Shown here: positions 42,701 through 52,337 of the stretch, one piece after another
Layout of the letters: each line of letters begins with the position of its first letter
Position numbering within the stretch: the stretch's first letter is position 1
DNA from: Macrostomum lignano
Taxonomy: Eukaryota
Reading direction: 5' to 3'
DNA: 64,000 bases
Assembly (NCBI GenBank): GCA_002269645.1
Contig: NIVC01001459.1
Span: forward strand, 124,001 to 188,000
Made by a program: the position numbers and the translations under genes
The notes under the pieces: model-generated
Seen by the model: the letters and a program-made list of their open reading frames with translations, nothing else
The model's database searches: none
Told to the model about the DNA's origin: nothing

Positions 42701-43389
42701 AGTTTTCCATCTCGACGCCATAGGCCTCACAAAAGTGCACTAAAAATTTGTACTTTTAAAGTGCAGATAGGCAGCCATGTGAAAAGTACATTTTAGCCCT
42801 AAAAACTATAGCGCATCAAACAGCCCCAGGTGTTATTGACGCTATGAGGCAGCTCAAAGGCCGCGCTATCGCGCGTCCTTTTCGCTGCGGTGAGGCAAAG
42901 TTGAAAAAAATGCCGATTTTTCGACCTCAAAAAACACGTTTTTTGTACTTTTACCCTAAAAGTTAAAGTACAATCAAAAAATCCATTTCTGATCATTGTA
43001 GCGTTCGAATGCCCGCGTTTACTGAGCCAGCCCGCTAAGCGCTGCCATATTCTCAATCCTTATTTTTTGAGATCAAATTTTTTGACAATGTAGAAAAAAC
43101 GCAGTTTTTGGTTGCCATGGCAACCAAAACGCGTTGCCATGGCAACCAACTATTGTGCATCCGATAGCGCTAGGTCTTTGACACATTTTGGCAAAAACTG
43201 TTTGTAAATCAGTCGTACCGTTTTTTATTGGCAGCGTTTAAAAGTTGAAAAACGTCATTTTCCTATGTGACACCGTTGCTACATCTTATCAGGGACGATT
43301 TCGCAAAAGTAAGCACCATAGAAAAAAATTCTCGCTTCGCTCGCCTTTTTTTCTATGCCACTTACTGGCTCCATCGTCCCACAACTAGT
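39749..43389 (-). mobile_element. ACTAGT-bounded element, unit 4
   Basis: Shares ACTAGT 39749-39754 with unit 3; ends CCATCGTCCCACAACTAGT at 43389. Confidence 0.7.
40679..40750 (-). ncRNA. tRNA-like segment in unit 4
   Basis: Copy of 30142-30212. Confidence 0.4.
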
Positions 43390-43816
43390 ATATTCAATTT
43401 TCTTAGAAATGACATGGAGGCCGAGGCCGGGTCGCTAGGACGAATTAATGTACTGGCACTACATGTACATGTACTGCTGGTTTTGTGTTTCTAATGCTGT
43501 ATATGGAATTTATTAATGTTTTAAAGAACCCATAGCGTTTTGTGTTCTCTACAAAACATGTGTTTTACCATAGATGAATTCGGTCAAGCAACCGGTGCAG
43601 AAAATTCCAAGATCCAAGAATAATGATCGAGCTTCCTCTTTTCTAGAGATAAAAAAACGTTTTTCTTCTTTAAGCATTTTTAGCGCTAAGTTTTCCTTAA
43701 TTAGTAATAATCCATAGAAATAAAGACTTTTCGTGACAATATTTGCGTTCTCCGGGATTTTATTTGGTAATATTCAATAATATCCCGTAAAGTCTTAATG
43801 TCTATGGTTTATACGA

Positions 43817-43915
43817 GATTACACATGCCTTTTTCGGGAGTTATTTTCATAAATCCCTCGGGCCTCGGGCCCTCGTGATTTATACAAATAACTCCCTCAA
43901 AAGGCATGTTTAATC
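43817..43915. other. Isolated 99-bp foldback (39-bp arms, 34/39 paired)
   Basis: GATTACACATGCCTTTTTCGGGAGTTATTTTCATAAATC versus the reverse complement of 43877-43915; GC-rich 21-nt loop. Confidence 0.8.
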
Positions 43916-45083
43916 TGATACATAATAGCCGTAATTGAATATTTTTTGTTTCCGGTAATTTCTTTCCTACACCTTCTTCCATTAGCCGTTTTTGTTATTT
44001 CTCATTTTCTTTTGTAAAAAACTTTTTCCGCGAAAGCTGTGGTTTAAATTCTTAAAACGAAGCAGAGAAGAACCTATCTATATTAATTGATTTGCGATTT
44101 CTTGTGACTTGGAAACAAACAAAGCTAAAAGCAAAAAGAATTTAGACCCCTATCTGTGATTTTAGGGTCCTGAGAATAGAGTAAAATCGACTGCCTGCTC
44201 ATGTCTATTATTGTCTTTGAAATTTGACATTCCCGCACAATGCTACGCCTACAACCACAAGGCATACATAGGCCTAGGTTTTTTTGTGCGATAGTAGGGA
44301 TGCTATTATATTATAATAGCATGCTCCAAAAGCACTTCCTGACTCAAAATCGCATCCTTAAATTGGACCTTGAATGCGATTTTGAATCCTTGTAAAAACG
44401 TTCTAAAAACTTTTAGAAAACAAGGATTCGCTGATACTGATAGGCTATTAGGACGCTACACTTGTGATTCAGAAAAAAATAGGGTTTTTGAAGTATTTAT
44501 TTAGGTAATTTTTGGCCAATAGGTTTGTCACAATGAGTAGAATACTTTAGCCACCATTTGATCTATCTATTATATTTTTTAGGCCCTACCATTGTATAGG
44601 GGGCCTAGGTCTAATTGCATTTTGGTAAAAGTTGTTGATAAAAATATTTAGTGCTAAACTATAAATCTAGTGCCCCCTTCAAGGCACCCAATAAACAAAA
44701 GACAAACATCATTTAGGCCTATATAAATCCTATTTGTTTTAATACCTAGGCCTAAGTAATTCTCCCAGTAGGCTTGAGAGGTGTAAATTTACTTTCATTT
44801 GCAATTTTTTTTTTCATTTAAAATGGTGCCAATGATGCGGAATGATGAATGGGAGTTGTCTATGGCCCATAAGACCTACTAGCCGCGTAGAGTTGTTTGG
44901 GGCACAAAAATTTGGCTGAGTTTTATTGAGCCCTCACTATAATTTGGACTGGACTTCTTCAAGTTTATGTTGATAAAATAGTTTCAATTTGGATAGGATC
45001 ATAATTTTGTCTCTACAGGGGTTTTTGATGGTGCTGATTTCAAATTTGAGCTCCATTTTTAGGTAGCTTTAACCCAATTATAT

Positions 45084-45405
45084 GTAGCTTAAAACCAACC
45101 ACCGGGGCATGGGGAATGGGGGGTTTTAGGGTGAGGAGATTCTTCATGGGGATTGATTTTATCAACATAAACTTGAATAGAGGCATAGAGACCTATTCAA
45201 GATTGTGCTGATAAATTCCAATTCTAATAGGGGGGGGGGGGGTTGTAGCTTCAAACCAACCACCGGGGCATGGGGAATGGGGGGTTTTAGGGTGGGGAGA
45301 TTCTTCATGGGGATTGATTTTATCAACATAAACTTGAATAGAGGCATAGAGACCTATTCAAGATTGTGTTGATAAATTCCAATTCTAATAGGGGGGGGGG
45401 GGGTT
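45084..45405. repeat. 161-bp tandem duplication containing internal copies of the TIR core TTTTATCAACATAAACTTGAA
   Basis: GTAGCTT recurs at 45084 and 45245; each copy ends in a G run. Confidence 0.85.
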
Positions 45406-47099
45406 GAAACAAGTTGGAATTTATTTGATAATGAATCTCTGTTTAATTATATCAATATAAACTTGAATCAACATAACTTTATCTAAATGAATTTGCTTAC
45501 CATATTTAAGTGTTGTTACTGCCTTAATACAATAGAATTAGTAATCTAGCCTTGTACAGTAGTTGGTTTTGAGGTGCGAAATACAAGTGCGAGTTTTGAA
45601 CGTTGCTTTAGCTGGGTGCAATGAAAGTGCAAGTGCAAAGATTGAGCAGGTTGTGACGTGACAGTTTAAAAAAAAGCACACAGTGACATGGCACTGGCTA
45701 TGCATTATAACTAAATTGAAAAAATATAATCCGCAAACATAAAAAACATTTGCATATTAATTTGTAGATATTAATATTCATCTTTAATTGGCCTAATGAA
45801 GTTCTAGCACATGTGCCCATACATGCGCAACTTCTGAAATTACGCTGGCCGTGCGACTTAGTTTTCGATAAAAAATGCGACTTACCTATGAAAAAGCCAA
45901 GCAAAAACTTTAGGTAAACGGCAGGAGTAACTATGACCATATTTTTAAAGCTAAATGCCTCGCCAGCTAATTAGTGCTGCGTGCAGATTCCGCGTTTTTA
46001 TAACAGCTAATCAGTGTCATCTAGTGGCGGCATGAAGCAATTAGTAAATTGTCAGTACAGTGTAGTGAGCATACTACAAAAGTCATGATTCATGAATGTC
46101 TAGAAGTAAGTGAAGTGAATACAGTGTGACCTATAGCTCAAGAACGATTTGCTAGACGATTTGGCATGGAAGATGAGAGCCCTGATTCAGATGGCTCATC
46201 AGATGCAGAATACGAATCCAGTAGAGATACAAGCTGTGAAAACCCACAGATTTTTAAACCACTGAATTCTAATTCCCGGAACTATTTTTGCATAGATTCT
46301 AAATTTGAAGTCATGCTCAAACAAAAACTTGTTAACAGTTAGGAAAAAGGCAAAGATGGGAGTAATGCATGTTAAACTAAGATTTGAGGCCTTTGCAAAT
46401 TCTCTCCATTCCTCAATCTTCTCATCCTCTTTTTCTTTTCTCTCTCATCCCTTATCCCTTCTCTCTTTCCTCTCCTCTCTCCTCTCTTTCCTCTCCTCTC
46501 TCCTCTCTTTCCTCTCCTCTCCTATCTCTTCTGTCTCCTCTCTACATTCTTATCTCCTCTCGTCTCTCCATTCCACTCTACTCTCTCATCTTATCTTCCC
46601 ACTCTACTCTCTCATCTTATCTCTCTTTTCTACTCTCTCATCTCTCCTCTCTTCACTCTCCTCTCATCTCCTCTTTATCCTCTCTTCTCTCATCTACTCT
46701 CTCCTCTTTCCTCTTTCCTCTCTTCTGATCTCATCCATCATCTTTTCTTTCCTCTTTCCTCTAATCTCCTCTTCTCTCTCATCTCTTTTTCCTCCCTCAG
46801 CTTTTCTCTCCTCTTCTATCTTTTCTCCCATCGCATCGCTCGCCTCCCCTCTGTTTGCTTATCTCTAATCTTCTATTCCCTCTACTTTGAAGTAAGAAAA
46901 TATGCACATATTTTTGCTGAAGATAAGAGGAGAGAAGAGGGCATTGAGGAGAAAGGGTAGAGAGAAAGGGGGAGAAGAGAGGAGAGTAAAAATGAGAGGA
47001 GAGAGAAGAGGGAAAAGGGGGGAGAGGGAGAAGAGGGGAGGCAAGGTAGAGAAGAAGAGAGAGATGAGAATTGAAGAGACACCAACCTTGCTGGTTAGG

Positions 47100-47169
47100 A
47101 AGTTTCAAAGAACCCGAGGGGCAAGGGCCAGATAGAGGGGCTTCGCGAGCCGGAGTTTGCCAACCCCTG
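47100..47169 (-). mobile_element. Solo Buster/Charlie-type hAT end (CAGGGGTTGGCAAAC...) followed by a CT-rich tract on the minus strand
   Basis: Classic CAGGGGTTGGCAAAC terminus; flank CTCCAGAG; homologous to 14636 and 16144. Confidence 0.6.
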
Positions 47170-47334
47170 CTCCAGAGTTTAAGAAATCAATGGGAAACTG
47201 TTGACGCGGGCTTCTGATTTCAAAGATCTTGTCTGTGGTTGAAGGCTTCTATTCTGTTTTTGCTCTCCTGCCACACTTGCACCTACTACCCCCTGATTGC
47301 CTCTGATTGTGACTTACTTCCCTCTTATTGCGAC

Positions 47335-48690
47335 TTAGTTGCTTCTTTTTGCGACTTACCTAATCCTTTTTGCGACTTACTTAATCCTTTTTGCGACTTA
47401 CCTAATCCTTTTGCGACTTACCTAACCCTTTTGCGACTTACCTAATCCTTTTGCGACTTAGCTGATCCTTTTGCGACTTAACTAAACCCTTTTGCGACTT
47501 ACCTAACCCTTTTGCGACTTACCTAATCCTTTTGCGACTTACCTAATCCTTTTGCGACTTACCTAACCCTTTTGCGACTTACCTAATCCTTTTTGCGACT
47601 TACTTAATCCTTTTTGCGACTTACCTAATCCTTTTGCGACTTACCTGATCCTTTTGCGACTTAGCTGATCCTTTTGCGACTTAACTAAACCCTTTTGCGA
47701 CTTACCTAACCCTTTTGCGACTTACCTAATCCTTTTGCGACTTACCTAATCCTTTTGCGACTTACCTAACCCTTTTGCGACTTACCTAATCCTTTTGCGA
47801 CTTACCTAATCCTTTTGCGACTTACCTAATCCTTTTGCGACTTACCTAATCCTTTTGCGACTTAGCTGATCCTTTTGCGACTTACCTAACCCTTTTGCGA
47901 CTTACCTAACCCTTTTGCGACTTACCTAATCCTTTTGCGACTTACCTAACCCTTTTGCGACTTACCTAATCCTTTTGCGACTTAGCTGATCCTTTTGCGA
48001 CTTACCTGATTCTTTTTGCGACTTACCTAATCCTTTTTGCGACTTACCTAATCCTTTTTGCGACTTACCTAATCCTTTTGCGACTTACCTAATCCTTTTG
48101 CGACTTACCTGATTCTTGTTGCGACTTACCTGATGCTTTTTGCGACTTACCTGATCCTTTTTGCGACTTACCTAATCCTTTTTGCGACTTACCTAATTAT
48201 CCTTTTTGCGACTTACCTAATCCTTTTTGCGACTTACCTAACCCTTTTGCGACTTACCTAATCCTTTTGCGACTTACCTAATCCTTTTTGCGACTTACCT
48301 AACCCTTTTGCGACTTACCTAATCCTTTTGCGACTTACCTGATTCTTGTTGCGACTTACCTGATGCTTTTTGCGACTTACCTGATCCTTTTTGCGACTTA
48401 CCTAATCCTTTTTGCGACTTACCTAATTATCCTTTTTGCGACTTACCTAATCCTTTTTGCGACTTACCTAACCCTTTTGCGACTTACCTAACCCTTTTGC
48501 GACTTACCTGATCCTTTTTGCGACTTAGTTTGCTTCTTTTGCGACTTACCTGATTCCTGTTGCGACTTACCTGATCCTTTTTGCGACTTAGTTTGCTTCT
48601 TTTGCGACTTACCTGATTCCTGTTGCGACTTACCTGATCCTTTTTGCGACTTACCTGATTATTTTTACAACTTAGTTTGCTTCTTTTGCG
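47335..48690. repeat. 20-21-bp minisatellite (TTTTGCGACTTACCTAATCC) inside the hAT element
   Basis: Direct reading. Confidence 0.95.
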
Positions 48691-49155
48691 AATTGTTTTT
48701 CTTTTGCTTCACCATTTTCCCTGAACTGCTCTTTCTTTCGCTTTCCTCTTGCCTTTCTTGGTTCTTGTGTTTTTCTGTTTTTGGTTGACTCAATTTTGCG
48801 ACTTACCCCTGGTCAGCCACGATTTACGGTGGCCGGATCGGCCAGGTCGGCCAGCAGTTGCGCATGTATGCATGTGCCATAAAATTAAAAGTCAAGTGGA
48901 TACACTTTCAAAAATGTATTTGTAGAAACTTTTTCTTACTGAACCTCATTAAGAGAATAGGGAATCAAGTAAATTGTCATTGCATCAACCGTACAGGTAA
49001 CTTTCTACACTTTTTTTGCATTTTTGTAATTTTGGGTGCCCTATAAGTCTCCACCACAAGTTTCAGAAAAATCAAAAAATCGGAAGTATTTTATCAACAT
49101 AAACTTGAAGAAGTCCTTTGGACTTTAGAGACTTCGAGACTCTTCTGATTTGCAA

Positions 49156-49740
49156 ATGGCTGGACGGCCCCCAAGACCATTTTGGAATGTGCAACCAAAT
49201 GAAGTTCTGTCAGCACAGGCACTGATGGAACTAAATATGAATTTAAGGGATCTAATGGAAGTGACGGCAAGTATTGACGAGACCATGTGGTGGCTTGCTT
49301 GTCATGGACTATTGGCCAACCAATGGACCTACCCATGTGCTGCACATACATCAATGAATCTGCAGCACTGCAATGGAAAGCAATTCATTGATGGCTATGC
49401 CTGGGACTGTAAAACCTGTTGACACTAGGAGAGCATATGTAAGGGCTCCTTTTTCGAGGCCAGCCATCTGGACCTGCAGCAGCTAATCACCCTGTTGCAA
49501 TGCTAGGCCAAAAACGAGTCCATGTCAACCGTCATACATGAGTGTTGCATCAGCCGCACCACTGTTGACTGGCTCAACTTTGTTCGCGACATCTGTTGCC
49601 AGTACTTTGTGGATCACCCAATGCAGCTGGGTGGCCCTAGTCATGTGTTCGAGATTGATAAAAGTTGGTTCTTCCACTGCAAGTGTCACCAAGGAGCCTA
49701 CCGTGATAGTTACTGGGTGCTCGGAATGGTGGAAAGAGGC
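49156..49740 (+). pseudogene. ISXO2/IS1016-like (Merlin) transposase relic, 3'-truncated
   Basis: N-terminal Cys motif, SICKGSFFEASHL, VDWLNFVRDIC, LGGPSHVFEIDKS, YWVLGMVERG; in-frame stops near 49420-49505. Confidence 0.8.
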
Positions 49741-50281
49741 TTGCCCAAGTGCATACAACAAGGATCTTACCATTTTTTCAGCATACAACAGGGTATATCT
49801 TGGTGTACATGACACAATAGATATATTCTGTCAAATGACAATTTTTATATTGGCACATAGACCCAGTAGGGGCCTATACAGAAGAGGTCTAATTATTTTT
49901 TCTAGCATTAAACCTAGTGTATACTAATATACAATCCAAATGATGGCATCTTAGTAATTCCCCTAGTAAGGCTTGACACCTCAACAATTCCTCCAATAAG
50001 CCTTGAAATCTTAGCAGTTCCCCTAATATATTTTGATATCTCAGTGTCATAAAATATATATTGTTTATCTTTTGTTTTAAGTACTTGATATTCTAGTATA
50101 CTTAGAATTATTGGATCTAGAATACAAATGCTCTTCTATAATCTAGCCTTTGTTGATATAGATGATTACTCTGAATTCATTTATCAAGAATCAAGATCTA
50201 CAATAGTTTCAAAATTTTGTTTTCTATATATCAAGATATATAATACTTTTAGTAAGATAATCTATTTGATCTATCTAATTA

Positions 50282-51530
50282 TTTGGTTGAAGGAAAAGTT
50301 CTCTCTGATTTTAAGAACTTATATTGTACTGAGTTTTTATAGAACTGAAGCAACTTCATATCACCTTCATTACCATCATATTTGATGACTTTCTGCCATT
50401 GTTTATATAGACTCATGATGCCATCCTTAAAGAACTTAGCTGGTTTTGAGGCAAAGAAGTTGTCCAGCCAGACATTGAGTTCATGCTCATCATTGAACAA
50501 TTTCTCAGCCATAGCACTGGACAGGGATATTAACAAATGGTAATAAGATAGTGCAAGGTCTGGTGAATAGGGTGGGTGGGGTAAAACCTCCTAGCCCAGA
50601 TCAAGCAGCTTCTGCTAAGTAACCTTTGCTATGTGTGGCCGTGCATTGTCGTGAAGAAAATAGACTGGATTGTGATTAGGGTGCTTTTCTTTGATCTTTG
50701 CTGCCAAATCATCCAGTTGCTAACAGTACTTGTCAGCTGTTATTGTCAAGTTTGGTGGCAGCAGCTCATATTGAATGATGCCATTTCAGTCCCACCAGAT
50801 GCTGAGCATCACCTTCTGAGAGTACAGTGGTGCTTTTGGCTGTGGTTTTGGCATTTCATTTTTGTCCACCCATAAAGTACTGCATTTCATGTTGGTGCAT
50901 AGACACCAATTTTCATCACCCATCACTATGGATGTCAGCCAATGGGTTATGCGACAGTAGGACAAAAGAAACATCGCAACATCAGTGCAATGCCAATGGT
51001 CAAACTTAGTAAGGTCGTGGGATAACCATTGTGCCAACTTGTACATCCTACCCAGCTGGCGCAGGTGATCAATGATGGTGGTCTGGTGTACCCAGAAGAG
51101 ATCTGCCATTTCACACGAGGTTTGGTGGGGATCAGTTTCTACAAGCTGGCGCAGCTGCTCATCATCTACCCCCAATTGTCGACCTGATTGAGGCTGGTCT
51201 TTGAGTTCAAAGTTTCCATTGCAGAAATGAGTGAACTAGTCCCGGACAGTTCTGTTGGATACAGTACCCTCTCCAAATGCAGAGTTAATGTGACGTGCCA
51301 ATGCCAATGCTTAAGTCCAGATTTAAAGTTGTAGAGCAAACATCCGAGAATATAGAGTTTTGAAATTTCCATTTTTCAGGCACTATTCTGAAGAAAGTAG
51401 AAGGCAATGACTATGACATGATGCCCACCTATCCTTCTTTATAATCCAGCAATGGAAGGTTCTAGAACTTTCAAAATTTCCCTTGCATTATAGTTTTCTA
51501 GAATTGGCAAGAACTTTCCCTTGAACCGAA
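50282..51530 (-). mobile_element. Full-length but decayed mariner (DD34D-type) element, 1249 bp
   Basis: 20-bp TIRs (17/20) flanked by TA. Transposase remnants WLSHDL, IVMGDENW, KVMLSIWWD, LHDNARPH, HPPYSPDLA, with stops and frameshifts. Confidence 0.9.
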
Positions 51531-51870
51531 TAATAGCATTTTTAACTATTGTGATAACATTGATTAAGATGGCAATTAGTTCTTTGCATATATTTATAAC
51601 ATCTAAAATTATACTACTCAGGTAACTATTTTGTAACTTACCTAAAAACAAACAAAATCTTTCTATTCATTGTCAAATTCCCAATTCCCATTGCTTGAGT
51701 CCCCCATTCTAGGAACTTAAAAGCTTAAATGCTTTTTAAATCTGTATGCTTCCCCAAAAACCTCTATTCATAACTTCCCATAGCTATATCTGTAGCTATG
51801 GTGGAACTCTAAAATTTTTATCAATCCCAAAAATCATAAAAGGTAACCAATTTATCCTTGGTATCCCTCA

Positions 51871-52157
51871 CATACATGCGCAACCTCCAAAATTCGGTCG
51901 GCCATGCGACTTGGTTTTAACAAAAATGCGACGTAGTTTTTGGCCAAAAATGCGACTTACATGTAAAAAACCCTAACGCAAAATTAACGCAACTTTGGGT
52001 AAACGGCAGGAGTAACTATAACTGTCTTAATAAGTCAAAATGCCTCGTCAGCTACTTAGTACTACTACTTTGGTATTTTTTGGGTGGGCATTTTTGCGAC
52101 TTCCTTGGTTGGCCGCCAAATCGGTCGGCTGACTCGGCCGACTGTTGCGCATGTATG
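51871..52157. mobile_element. 287-bp hAT MITE, same family as 45818-48870
   Basis: TIR CATACATGCGCAAC at both ends; TSD ATCCCTCA at 51863-51870 and 52158-52165; shares internal GGTAAACGGCAGGAGTAACTAT. Confidence 0.92.
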
Positions 52158-52337
52158 ATCCCTCAGGTTAGCTTTTTAGTTAAGCAGAACTGGATGTGGT
52201 TAGTTTACCTCAGTTTGAGCACTGTTGCTGACTGTTCATCATAAATTTTGCTAATTGACAGGTATAGTATAACTTTATTTATTATATTTTTGTTTATCTG
52301 ACATTGTGCCAACAATGCTTGGCTATTTGCTTTTCAG

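Larger units (their letters stand above)
45818..48870. mobile_element. Non-autonomous hAT element (14-bp TIR CATACATGCGCAAC, 8-bp TSD CATGTGCC), nested in the 30-bp-TIR element
   Basis: TIRs at 45818-45831 and 48857-48870; TSD at 45810-45817 and 48871-48878. Confidence 0.9.
44951..49116. mobile_element. Non-autonomous TIR element (Merlin- or Mutator-like): perfect 30-bp TIRs, 8-bp TSD
   Basis: TIR GGACTTCTTCAAGTTTATGTTGATAAAATA at 44951-44980 and 49087-49116; TSD TTTGGACT at 44943-44950 and 49117-49124. Confidence 0.88.

Noticed and set aside
27504-43389. Canonical Helitron (5'-TC...CTRR-3', A|T target) on the + strand
   Set aside because: No 5' TC, ACTAGT is present at both ends, and the subterminal inverted repeats fit a Helentron-type layout better.
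46130-46350. Coding-like stretch (AQERFARRFGMEDESPDSD...) inside the hAT element
   Set aside because: Might be a transposase N-terminal relic, but it is short with no BED finger or catalytic motif.
47335-48690. Telomere-like CTAACCCT in the 20-bp satellite
   Set aside because: Present only in a subset of units as a one-base variant of CTAATCCT; no (TTAGGG)n run.
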